Notes: generated from the letters alone by a model not told the origin. A stretch of 64,000 nucleotides of DNA from an uncultured Eubacteriales bacterium (GCA_900315485.1 OMZI01000025.1:1816-65815); one strand, 5' to 3'; positions 36,977 through 46,357 are shown, counted from the stretch's first letter. Program-made: numbers and translations.

Positions 36977-38779
36977 ATGCCGCTTATTACGGTAATGCCG
37001 GAAGGCAAAACTATCGACTATACACCGGGACAGTCGCTCGCTGATCTCATGCTCGGCGCCGGGATCTTCGTTGACAATGCATGCGGAGGCAAAGGCATCT
37101 GCGGAAAGTGCAAAGTCAGGATCATTGAAGGCGATGCCGGTGATATAACGGAAACGGAACTCAGAATACTCAAGCAGGAAGAAGTCGAGTCTGGCATCAG
37201 GCTCGGCTGTCTTGTCAATCCTGAAGGAGACCTCAAAGTCGAGTCTCTCCAGAAGGAGAAGAAGCACGATGTACTCGCATCCGGCTATCTTCCTGACTTT
37301 GATTTCAAAACAGACATCACCAAGATGCCTGTAACCATCCACAAGCCGACACTCGATGACCAGACTCCGTTCGAGGATCAGATCCTCGAGCAGACAGGCG
37401 CCGAAGGAATGGACTACACAGCACTCGGCATCGATTCGATGAAGCCGGGCGAGTATACTGCGATCCTTCATAAGGAAAGAGTAGTAGGGCTCGAGCATGG
37501 GGATACCACAGGCAGGAGATTCGGTGTCGCCATCGATATCGGAACGACCACCGTCGTATGCTCGCTTGTCGACATGAACACCGGCGAAGAACTCGGTCAT
37601 GCTTCCGAGATCAACGCTCAGAAGCATTTTGGCCTCGATGTTCTGACAAGGATCACTTATGAGATCGAACATCCTGAAGACGGCATCATCAAGCTGAGAA
37701 AGGCTATCGTAGGATCGATCAACAAGATGGTCGGCTCCATATGCGAGAGATTCTCAGTCAGCACTGATGAGATCTACGAGATCACAGTCGGCGCCAACTG
37801 CACGATGATGCACATGCTCGTCGGCGTTGACGCCACGCCTATAGGCAAAGCTCCTTTTGCCCCTGTATTCGCGAAGGCGAAGGATATGAGGGCTTCGGAC
37901 ATCGGGCTCAAAGCCGCACCGGGCGCAAGGCTGTACTGCCTGCCGTCGGTCTCCGCATACATCGGAGCAGATATCGTTGCAGGCGCTTACGTCTGCGACC
38001 TCAAGCACCGCAAGGGCAATACCATTTTCATCGATATCGGTACCAACGGAGAGATCGTACTTGCAGCAAACGGCAGACTTATGTCATGCTCATGCGCTGC
38101 GGGACCGGCGCTCGAGGGTATGAACATAAGCTCGGGAATGCGTGCTGCTGAAGGAGCCATCGAAGACATCCACATCGGTGAGGACGGACTGGATCTTAAG
38201 ATCATCGGTGACTGCGAGCCTGCAGGCATCTGCGGCAGCGGTATCCTTACGGTAACCAAAGAGCTTCTGAGGACAGGCATCGTCCGCAAGACCGGTGCTT
38301 TCGTCAAGGCTGACAAGTTCGGACCGGATGACTACAGATCGAAATACATCCTTGTCGATGAAGAGGGCAAGAGGTCGTTTAAGATGACTGACGGCGATGA
38401 GCCACTCTGCATCACGATGGGCGATGTAAGGCAGGTGCAGCTTGCCAAGGGTGCTATCCTTTCCGGATTCATGGCTCTCATGAAGAAGGCCGGCATCGGA
38501 ATGGAGGACCTGGACAGCGTCCTGATCGCAGGACAGTTCGGTGCACATCTGCCTGCAGACAGCATCACAGGAACGGGAATACTGCCGTTCGAGGTCGAGG
38601 ACAAGATAGAGTACGTCGGCAACACATCCAAGACAGGAGCGTATATGGCTCTGATGTCGTCGGATGTCAAGAGAGAGATGGAAGAGCTGGCGCATGAAAT
38701 GGATTATCTTGAGCTGGGTGCGACTGAGAACTATGAGAGACTGCTCTCTGAGTGCCTTATTTTCCCTAGCTTTAAGTAA
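36977..38779 (+). CDS. RACo-type reductive activator of corrinoid enzymes (2Fe-2S ferredoxin domain plus ASKHA ATPase domain)
   Basis: Motifs CGGKGICGKCKV...GC and AIDIGTTTVV / FIDIGTNGEI. Confidence 0.85.
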   Translation: MPLITVMPEGKTIDYTPGQSLADLMLGAGIFVDNACGGKGICGKCKVRIIEGDAGDITETELRILKQEEVESGIRLGCLVNPEGDLKVESLQKEKKHDVLASGYLPDFDFKTDITKMPVTIHKPTLDDQTPFEDQILEQTGAEGMDYTALGIDSMKPGEYTAILHKERVVGLEHGDTTGRRFGVAIDIGTTTVVCSLVDMNTGEELGHASEINAQKHFGLDVLTRITYEIEHPEDGIIKLRKAIVGSINKMVGSICERFSVSTDEIYEITVGANCTMMHMLVGVDATPIGKAPFAPVFAKAKDMRASDIGLKAAPGARLYCLPSVSAYIGADIVAGAYVCDLKHRKGNTIFIDIGTNGEIVLAANGRLMSCSCAAGPALEGMNISSGMRAAEGAIEDIHIGEDGLDLKIIGDCEPAGICGSGILTVTKELLRTGIVRKTGAFVKADKFGPDDYRSKYILVDEEGKRSFKMTDGDEPLCITMGDVRQVQLAKGAILSGFMALMKKAGIGMEDLDSVLIAGQFGAHLPADSITGTGILPFEVEDKIEYVGNTSKTGAYMALMSSDVKREMEELAHEMDYLELGATENYERLLSECLIFPSFK

Positions 38780-38790
38780 AGGATATAAAT

Positions 38791-39816
38791 ATGACTACTG
38801 CTAATGAAAGACTTATAAAGATACTTAAGGGTGAGAGGGTCGACAGGCCTGCATGCATCTGCCCGGGCGGCATGATGAACATGGTCACCAAGGAGCTGCA
38901 GGATGTTGCGGGTGTATACCTTCCTGAGGCTCACACTGATGCTAGGATGATGGCTGACCTCGCGAAGGCCATCGTTGATCAGGGATGCTTTGAGAACTAC
39001 GGCGTTCCGTTCTGCATGTCCGTTGAGGCTGAGGCTCTCGGCGCGACCTGCACGATGGGTTCGCAGCTCTTCGAGCCGCATATCACAGGATATGCAATTG
39101 ACACTGTCGAGGACTATAAGAAGCTGAGCCCGATGGACCTGAATTCGGGAAGGGCCAAAGTCGTTCTCGATGCAATTAAGATCCTCAAGGAGGAGACTCA
39201 CGATGTTCCTATCATCGGAAACCTCGTAGGACCTGTCAGCGTAGCAAGCTCGGTAATGGAGCCGACAAGATATTACAAGCAGCTCCGCCAGAAGAGAGAG
39301 CTGGCTCATGAGTACATGGAGTTCGTTACAGAGCAGCTGATAAGATTCGGTGTTGCCGAGGTCGAGGCCGGTGCCAATGTCATCGTTATCTCGGATCCGA
39401 GCGGCACAGGCGAGATCCTCGGACCTAAGTTCTTCGACGAATACGCTGTAACATACATCAACAAGGTAGTTGATGCTGTTGCTGCAGCAGGCGCAAGGAC
39501 CATCGTCCACATCTGCGGCCAGATGAAGTCGGTATATGACAAGGTCGCCAAGATACACAGCGATGCATTCAGTTTCGATGCTGTTGTATCAATCCGTGAG
39601 GCGAAGAAGCAGCTTCCGGATAAGGTGATCATGGGCAATGTCAGCACATTCGCTATCGAGATGCAGGATGGAAAAACGGTTGAGAAACTTACGAAGAACT
39701 GCTACAACCAGGGCTCAGACATCATCTCACCGGCCTGCGGACTCGGAATGGGCTCGCCGCTTGGCAACGTTCAGGAAGTTCTGAAGACTGTAAAGACATT
39801 CGGGGCTCAGGAGTAA
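38791..39816 (+). CDS. URO-D-family (MtaA-like) corrinoid methyltransferase, Zn-type
   Basis: N-terminus ERLIKILKGERVDRPACICPGG. Zinc motif VHICGQ ... SPACGLG. Confidence 0.85.
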   Translation: MTTANERLIKILKGERVDRPACICPGGMMNMVTKELQDVAGVYLPEAHTDARMMADLAKAIVDQGCFENYGVPFCMSVEAEALGATCTMGSQLFEPHITGYAIDTVEDYKKLSPMDLNSGRAKVVLDAIKILKEETHDVPIIGNLVGPVSVASSVMEPTRYYKQLRQKRELAHEYMEFVTEQLIRFGVAEVEAGANVIVISDPSGTGEILGPKFFDEYAVTYINKVVDAVAAAGARTIVHICGQMKSVYDKVAKIHSDAFSFDAVVSIREAKKQLPDKVIMGNVSTFAIEMQDGKTVEKLTKNCYNQGSDIISPACGLGMGSPLGNVQEVLKTVKTFGAQE

Positions 39817-39862
39817 GTAAATGGCATCATGACTGAAAAGTCAGATACAGAGGAGACTGTGC

Positions 39863-40639
39863 ATGTCAGTAATCGTTGACGGTGACAGACTTATAAGATA
39901 TGAGGATGCTGCGGTGCATTATGTTGTGCCGCAGCATGTCCGGTATATAGAGGACCTTGCTTTCTCGGGTGCCGATCATCTTGCCGTGCTTGAGATCCCT
40001 GACGGCGTGGAGCACATAGGCAATTATGCCTTCAGGATGTGCTACTCTCTGGAGGAGATAAAGCTGCCTCAGAAAGTAGCAGAAGCCGGTGCCGGGCTCT
40101 TCCAGCACTGCTGGAAGCTTAAGAAGATAAGTCTGCCTGAGGGCATCCTTATGATCGGCGGCGAGATGTTCGAAAGCTGCCATGCTCTTCAGACACTCGA
40201 GATACCAGATTCAGTAGAGAAGATCGACAGAACAGCTTTCTCCGGGTGCAGGAACCTCAGAGACATCGTCATCAGTCCGGCAAAACTCAGGATGCTGCCG
40301 CCTGCTGCAAGATACGCCGCCGTACTTACATATATGGAGCGGCGCGCGGAGAACGCGGATGACGCATCACAGGAAGAAACTGAGATGACAGAACGCAGCA
40401 TCATTGATGATTTTGCCCGCGAAAGGCAGGGCAATCTTCTTGACCTTGCGATCAACAGGCGGAATGCAGAGGCTGTGAGATACATGCTGAAGCGCGGACT
40501 TATTGAAGCTGATGCCCTGGCTGATTACCTCGAGAAGTCAGCCGAGAGGAACCGTGTCGAGATCACTGCGCTGATGCTCGAATACGGACAGAAAAAAGAT
40601 AACAAGAGGGACCTCTTTGACGAGGACCCTTTCAGATAA
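39863..40639 (+). CDS. Cytoplasmic leucine-rich-repeat (BspA/LRR_5-type) protein with an ankyrin-like C-terminal segment
   Basis: AGGAG RBS and no signal peptide. About four 23-aa repeats (IPDGVEHIGNYAFRMCYSLEEIKLP, LPEGILMIGGEMFESCHALQTLEIP, IPDSVEKIDRTAFSGCRNLRDIVI). Confidence 0.7.
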   Translation: MSVIVDGDRLIRYEDAAVHYVVPQHVRYIEDLAFSGADHLAVLEIPDGVEHIGNYAFRMCYSLEEIKLPQKVAEAGAGLFQHCWKLKKISLPEGILMIGGEMFESCHALQTLEIPDSVEKIDRTAFSGCRNLRDIVISPAKLRMLPPAARYAAVLTYMERRAENADDASQEETEMTERSIIDDFARERQGNLLDLAINRRNAEAVRYMLKRGLIEADALADYLEKSAERNRVEITALMLEYGQKKDNKRDLFDEDPFR

Positions 40640-40696
40640 ACAGCAGCATTGAGTGCTGCAGCGATTTCAGTCAGTGAAACCGGAGGGGTGGATATA

Positions 40697-41566
40697 ATGG
40701 CAGATATAAGAGAATACAAATGCACTTATTCAAACTCGGTAGGCGTAAGCGCTGAGGTGACTGAGGGACTCGGACTTGAGTTCCCGGATGCATACATGCA
40801 CAGCGGCACGATGCAGACTCTGGCCAAGGCCATCAAGAAGCATGACAACTCGGATTTTGTGCTCCTTCCTTTCTGCAGGACCGTTGAGGCTGAGGCCATG
40901 GGAGCAGTCCTTAACTACGGAGATTCCAATACAGGACCGAGAGCCAAGGACCCGATCTGCTCAAACATGGATGAAGTGCTGGCTCTGCCGGATATTGATT
41001 TCGGCAAAATGCGCATACACGAGGTGCTCGACGCCTGTGCAGCAATGAAGGGTGAGGGAGAGACCGTATGCCTCGAGGTAACAGGCCCATTCACGATTCT
41101 CAATGCGCTGATGGAGCCTAGACTTGTATTCAAGGCGTACCGTAAGGACAGAGAGAAGATGAAGCTGGTCTTCGATAAATTCTCGGAGCAGCTTCTAAGA
41201 TATATTGAGAACGGAAAGAAGGCCGGAGTTGATGTTTTCATTTTCTCCGATTCAGCAGGTGCGCTTGACATACTCGGACCGAAGTTCCTTGCTAATGCGG
41301 TAGAGGACTTCTATGATCCGTTCATGAGAAAAGTCAGCGAGATCATGGATGATTCGTGCATATTCCTGCTGTGCCCTAAGTTCACATATGCTCTTGTTGA
41401 CACAGGTCATGCCGAGCTTAAGGAGTATCAGCTGGAACCAGGCATTGACTTCCTTGAGGCCATGCTGGAGATGAAGGGCAAAGCGAAGATCGGCGGACAG
41501 GTATGCATCAAGAATGTCGGTGTCAAGCTGTCCCACGGAAAGTTCCGCGAGATCGTGATGAAGTAA
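40697..41566 (+). CDS. Short URO-D-like paralogue lacking the HxC zinc motif
   Basis: GGAGGGG RBS and ATG at 40697. URO-D-like core (FCRTVEAEAMGA, VTGPFTILNAL, IFSDSAG), but LLCPKF sits where the paralogues have HICG. 289 aa. Confidence 0.7.
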   Translation: MADIREYKCTYSNSVGVSAEVTEGLGLEFPDAYMHSGTMQTLAKAIKKHDNSDFVLLPFCRTVEAEAMGAVLNYGDSNTGPRAKDPICSNMDEVLALPDIDFGKMRIHEVLDACAAMKGEGETVCLEVTGPFTILNALMEPRLVFKAYRKDREKMKLVFDKFSEQLLRYIENGKKAGVDVFIFSDSAGALDILGPKFLANAVEDFYDPFMRKVSEIMDDSCIFLLCPKFTYALVDTGHAELKEYQLEPGIDFLEAMLEMKGKAKIGGQVCIKNVGVKLSHGKFREIVMK

Positions 41567-41571
41567 GAAGG

Positions 41572-42286
41572 ATGCACAGACTGTATCAGGGAAAGAAGAT
41601 ACTCATAGCATGCTCGATGATCGAAGATGAGATAAATGCTGTCTTCGACTGTTTCGTATACGGGGATATCGAGGTCCGCTGGATGGAGAGAGGGTATCAC
41701 AATGACCCGGATGAGCTGCGCGAAGTGATACAGAACGAGATCAGCAGGGCCGAAGCAGACGGTGCGGACACTGTCATGCTGGCGTACGGATTCTGCGGCA
41801 AGGGAGCGAGCGGATGGCACACAGAGCATGCTGCGCTTGCGATGCCGAGGTTCGATGACTGCTGCAACATGATGCTCTGCACCGGGAAGAGGCAGAAGCG
41901 CAATCTCCTCGAAGCAGGGAATATGTACCTGACCAAAGGGTGGTCGAAGGACGAGGGGGCGCTTCTCTCGATGCTCGAAAGGGCGACGAAGGGGCCTCAA
42001 GGTCATGAAGCTGATGTTTGACTCGTACACCAAGGTCACCGTGATCGATACCGGATGCTATGAACTTCAGCCTGTTGAGGAATACGCTGAGAAGTGCGCG
42101 GACCTTCTTGGCCTGGAACTGTGCAAAGTGCCGGGAAGCAATGAAATAATGAGAAAACTCATCTCAGGCGAATGGGATGAAGACATAATAGTTAAGGAGC
42201 CGGGAGAACCGGTAAGGGACGAAGACTTTGATTTCGGCGGAGAGACCGGAAGCCAGTCTGATCAGCTGTGGAGAAAGACCTTATAG
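41572..42286 (+). pseudogene. DUF1638 protein split by a +1 frameshift (fragments 41572..42021 and about 41990..42286)
   Basis: N-terminal fragment: ILIACSMIEDEI...AYGFCGKG...RFDDCCNMML...YLTKGWS. C-terminal fragment: KVTVIDTGCYE...GEWDEDIIVKEPGE. Removing one G from the GGGG run at 41991..41994 restores a single frame. Confidence 0.6.
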
Positions 42287-42301
42287 GGGCAGGAGGAAAA
42301 A

Positions 42302-43372
42302 ATGACAGTTAGAAAAGACCAGATGACTTCAAATGAGCGTATGGCGGCATATTTCGACGGAAAGGAAGTCGACCGTCTGCCTGCTATGCCGATGATCGAC
42401 TCGGTAGGACCAAGGCTTATAGGCGAGAAGAACAGATTCAAGAGACTTTCAGCTGAGAATCAGGTTCTGGTGCAGAAGAGGGCATATGAGCTGCTCGGAC
42501 TTGACGGTCTTTCGATCGAATACGGTCTTCACGGAATAGGACAGGCCGCCGGAACGATCCTTGGAGACCCTGAGAACACAGCTCCGCCTGTAGTGGAGCA
42601 TGTTCTGAAAGACCTTAAAGATGTAGATAACCTTGATCCTGAATGCGTGCTCAGGAAGAACGATCCGTGGATCGATCTCTGCTGCACTGCATGCGAGATG
42701 CTGGTCGAGCAGATCGGAGATGTGGTCGGAACAAGCGCCAGCCTCACTGGCCCTATGACTGCAGCTTCCAGCATTTATCCTATCTCCAAGCTCCTCATAG
42801 CAACGAGAAAACAGCCTGAGCTCGTTCACAAGCTGCTGAGATTCTCGACTGACGCTCTTATAGCTGTCAGCGAGGAGTTCGCTAAGTGCGGCGTGGACAT
42901 TTTCATCTGCGACCCTGTGGCATCGGGCGATATCATGAGCGAGAAGGCGTACAGAGAACTCGTTTTGCCTTACACCAAGGAGCTTGCACCTGCGATCCAT
43001 AAGCACGGTGTAGCTATGGGCTATCACATCTGCGGCAATACAAACAAGATCACTGAAGCCATGCTTGAATCAGGATGCGACATGCTGAGTGTCGATGTCA
43101 AGGTGCCTCTTCTCAGAGCCAAGGAACTCGGCGGAGATAAGGTTCCTATTATAGGCAACGTAGATCCGATCAACACCATGATGCTGGGAACACCGGAGGA
43201 GGTGCGTGAGGAAGTCATGAGAGATATAGCCGACTGCGCGGACTCACCTAACGGATACATTGTCAGCACCGGCTGCGACATTCCTGTCGATGCGCCTCTA
43301 GAGAATATTTACGCATTCATGGATGCCGTAAGAGAATACGGACCGGTCAGCATCGGACAGAAAAAAGACTGA
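42302..43372 (+). CDS. URO-D-family (MtaA-like) corrinoid methyltransferase, Zn-type
   Basis: N-terminus NERMAAYFDGKEVDRLPAMP. Zinc motif YHICGN ... STGCDIP. Confidence 0.85.
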   Translation: MTVRKDQMTSNERMAAYFDGKEVDRLPAMPMIDSVGPRLIGEKNRFKRLSAENQVLVQKRAYELLGLDGLSIEYGLHGIGQAAGTILGDPENTAPPVVEHVLKDLKDVDNLDPECVLRKNDPWIDLCCTACEMLVEQIGDVVGTSASLTGPMTAASSIYPISKLLIATRKQPELVHKLLRFSTDALIAVSEEFAKCGVDIFICDPVASGDIMSEKAYRELVLPYTKELAPAIHKHGVAMGYHICGNTNKITEAMLESGCDMLSVDVKVPLLRAKELGGDKVPIIGNVDPINTMMLGTPEEVREEVMRDIADCADSPNGYIVSTGCDIPVDAPLENIYAFMDAVREYGPVSIGQKKD

Positions 43373-43436
43373 CGTATTTTTCTGTCCTTTTGGATCAGAA
43401 ACGCTCAAAAGGCGCCACCCGGTGGTGCCTTTTTTC
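43355..43436 (+). terminator. Two tandem rho-independent terminators
   Basis: GGACAGAAAAA-N11-TTTTTCTGTCC followed by TTTT (43355..43391). GGCGCCAC-CCG-GTGGTGCC followed by TTTTTT (43411..43435). Confidence 0.65.
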
Positions 43437-43483
43437 GTGCATCTCCGTACGATATAAATAAATAAAATACTAAGGCCGTTAAC

Positions 43484-43500
43484 AATTGGGAATCCCAATT
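43484..43500. promoter_or_regulatory. Perfect 17-bp palindrome, candidate operator upstream of the ABC importer
   Basis: AATTGGGA-A-TCCCAATT, about 50 nt upstream of the ATPase start. Confidence 0.35.
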
Positions 43501-43553
43501 AGCATGAGACGCAAAGGAATTTTAGAATAGTAAGGGTACACATGGGAGACAAA

Positions 43554-44333
43554 ATGAATTACGTAGCAATCAACAATGTGTCCTTCGCATACGAAGAAGG
43601 AAAAACAATACTCGACAATATTGATCTCCGGGTTGAGAAGGGGGAATTCATCTGTATTCTCGGACAATCCGGCTGCGGGAAAAGCACGCTGCTCAGACTG
43701 ATCGCAGGTCTTGAGATGCCGACTTCCGGCACGGTCTTTGTTGACGGAGAGGAGGTAAAAGGAGCAAGCCTCGACCGGGGCGTGGTGTTCCAGGACTATG
43801 GCCTCTTTCCGTGGATGACGGCCGGAAAGAACATCCTGCTAGCGCTTGAGCAGAAATACCCAAAGCGCAGGAAGAGTGAACTGAAGAATATAGTTTACGA
43901 AAAGCTCGGAGAGGTCGGGCTGGATAGGTCGGTCTACAGCAAGTATCCGAGGGAGCTTTCCGGGGGCATGCAGCAGAGATGCGCGATAGCTCAGGCTCTG
44001 AGTATAGAGTCTCCGCTGCTTCTGATGGATGAGCCTTTCGGTGCTCTGGATGCAGTGACGAGGGCGGCTCTGCAGGATATGATCAGAAACCTGCTTGAAG
44101 GAGAGAACCGCAAGACAGTATTCTTCGTAACCCATGATGTTGATGAGGCCCTGCTGCTCGGGAGCAGGATCATCGTACTCGGACAGTCACCAAGCCGTAT
44201 CATATATACCTGTGAGATCGATAAGGACAACAGGCCGACAAGGGAGAATCAGTTTACAAACCCGGAATTTCTTAAGATGAGGAATGAACTGATCGGATAC
44301 ATCAACCGCGATGTCGCGGAAAAGCTCAAGTAA
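43554..44333 (+). CDS. ABC ATP-binding protein, NitT/TauT (SsuB/TauB-like) family
   Basis: GGGAGAC RBS. Walker A GQSGCGKST, signature LSGGMQQR, Walker B LLMDEPFGALD. Confidence 0.85.
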   Translation: MNYVAINNVSFAYEEGKTILDNIDLRVEKGEFICILGQSGCGKSTLLRLIAGLEMPTSGTVFVDGEEVKGASLDRGVVFQDYGLFPWMTAGKNILLALEQKYPKRRKSELKNIVYEKLGEVGLDRSVYSKYPRELSGGMQQRCAIAQALSIESPLLLMDEPFGALDAVTRAALQDMIRNLLEGENRKTVFFVTHDVDEALLLGSRIIVLGQSPSRIIYTCEIDKDNRPTRENQFTNPEFLKMRNELIGYINRDVAEKLK

Positions 44334-44426
44334 AGACATTTACTTGCCGCAATTCGGTGATAACCGGGATTTTACCCGGATCACATATAGTATTACCTAA
44401 TATAAGTTAACGGAGGAATTCTAAAG

Positions 44427-45551
44427 ATGAGAAAAAGCAGCAAGATTTTAGCTCTTCTGATCTCTCTTCTCATGGTGCTGTCAATGATGGCAGCATGCGG
44501 AAGTCAGGAAGAGGCGCCTGCAGAAGAGCCTACAGAAGAAACAGCAGAAGCCGGTGAGCTCGGAGCACCTGAGGTAACCACAGTAAAGTGGAACTCGGGT
44601 ACATCCAAGAACGTTCTTATCACTATCGCTAATGAAAAGGGATACTTCGAGGATGAAGGCATCACAATCGAAGAGGTACCTGCAGATGAGAACAACAGCG
44701 CTATGGCACTGCTCGCATCCGGAAAGGTTGACGTAGTATCCAACGCAGGAACAAGTAACCCGCTTGACCAGATCTCCCAGGGCGTTGACCTGACGATCTT
44801 CGGCGGACACATGGTACAGGGTGCTATGCCAATTATCGCAAAGAAGGGAACACAGTGGAACGGCGTTCAGGACTTCATAGGCAAGAAGGTAGTTGCTAAC
44901 ACAAGCTACTTCGCTCTTACAGGTGGCGTTATGAACACCGGAGAGGAAAAGCCGCTTGAGGCTGTTGAGTGGATCGAAGGAATGGATTATCCTGATGCTC
45001 TTGCTATGGTAGAGAGAGGCGAGGCTGACTACGCTCTTCAGGGAACAGGAAACGTTCAGACCTGCAAGGAATCCGGAACAGTTGACATCGTAAGCTGGCA
45101 GGGAGATATCATGCCTGACTACTCCTGCTGCAGAATGGTAGCTCAGACTGATTTCGTAAAGAACAACCCTAACACACTGAAGCACGTAATGGTAGCTCTT
45201 CTGAGAGCTCAGGCTTACTACGAAGCAAACAAGGAAGAGGCTGTTAAGCTCCACGCTGCTGCAACAGAGCAGACAGAGGACTATGTAGCTGCATTCATGC
45301 TTGACGAGCACTACAAGGTAAATGTTGACCCACTGGAAGATTCCGTACTCCGTGCATGGAACATCCTCGATGCAACAGGATTCTTCAAGGATAAGGATGA
45401 CAGTGTAAAGATCGAAGATCACATCAACACTGCACTCTACAAGGAAGCTCTTGACTATGCAGAGGCTACATACGGTGAGGAAGCTCCTGACTTCTACAAG
45501 GCTCAGCAGGAATTCTTTGCAAGCAACAACACCGGAACAGCTAAGGAATAA
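44427..45551 (+). CDS. ABC substrate-binding lipoprotein, NMT1/SsuA/TauA-like
   Basis: Lipobox MMAACGS and an acidic linker. Its position between a TauB-like ATPase and a TauC-like permease supports the call. Confidence 0.75.
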   Translation: MRKSSKILALLISLLMVLSMMAACGSQEEAPAEEPTEETAEAGELGAPEVTTVKWNSGTSKNVLITIANEKGYFEDEGITIEEVPADENNSAMALLASGKVDVVSNAGTSNPLDQISQGVDLTIFGGHMVQGAMPIIAKKGTQWNGVQDFIGKKVVANTSYFALTGGVMNTGEEKPLEAVEWIEGMDYPDALAMVERGEADYALQGTGNVQTCKESGTVDIVSWQGDIMPDYSCCRMVAQTDFVKNNPNTLKHVMVALLRAQAYYEANKEEAVKLHAAATEQTEDYVAAFMLDEHYKVNVDPLEDSVLRAWNILDATGFFKDKDDSVKIEDHINTALYKEALDYAEATYGEEAPDFYKAQQEFFASNNTGTAKE

Positions 45552-45575
45552 TCATTCTGAAACAGACATACTTGT

Positions 45576-46337
45576 ATGAATAAGATCACTGATTTCTTTC
45601 GGAAATACTGGATAACGTTCCTTATCATCGCCATGATGGTCGGAGGATATGTATTTGTCACCGATAATAAGCTGGCAAATCCGTTCTTCTTCCCGCCTGC
45701 TAAGGATATCATCAGCGCGTTCTGGGAATTCAGATACAGAATGCTCGAGAACATGGTCGCTTCCTTCAAACTGATTATTCCGGCTATCTGTATCTCCGCG
45801 GCCATAGCGCTTGCTGTCGGAACGCTTGTGGGAATGAACGCAAGACTGAGGGATGCCCTGCATCCTATCATCTATACGTTCAGCTGCATACCAGCGATTA
45901 TGCTGTCGCCGTTCGTGCTGCTGCTCGCACCGACGATCACTGCCGCTGCGATCTTTCTGATCGTATACGGTACGGTTTGGGCTACCATGTTTGCTACCAT
46001 CACAGGTGTGATGACAGTAGACAAAAGGTACCTGGAGAAGGCAAAGACACTGGAACTTACAGGATTCAGACGGTTCTTTAAAGTAATCCTTCCTGCGGCA
46101 TCTCCTGCTATCTTCGCAGGCTTTACCAATTCGATGAGAAGCTCTTTCGTCATGCTGGTATTTGCGGAGATGAGCGGTGTGCAGAAGGGAATGGGTTTTT
46201 TCGTCAAGAAGTATTCCACTTCCGGAGTGTTTGCCAACACATGGGCAGGATTCATATTCATGGCCTTTGTACTTGTGGTGGTGATGCTCACGTTCGAAAG
46301 GATCAAGAGATACGTCCTGAGATGGACTATGAATTGA
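45576..46337 (+). CDS. ABC permease, SsuC/TauC-like
   Basis: Six TM segments and an EAA-type loop (DKRYLEKAKTLELTGFRRFFKVILPAA). Confidence 0.85.
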   Translation: MNKITDFFRKYWITFLIIAMMVGGYVFVTDNKLANPFFFPPAKDIISAFWEFRYRMLENMVASFKLIIPAICISAAIALAVGTLVGMNARLRDALHPIIYTFSCIPAIMLSPFVLLLAPTITAAAIFLIVYGTVWATMFATITGVMTVDKRYLEKAKTLELTGFRRFFKVILPAASPAIFAGFTNSMRSSFVMLVFAEMSGVQKGMGFFVKKYSTSGVFANTWAGFIFMAFVLVVVMLTFERIKRYVLRWTMN

Positions 46338-46357
46338 TTGGCAAGTAAGTTATAATT

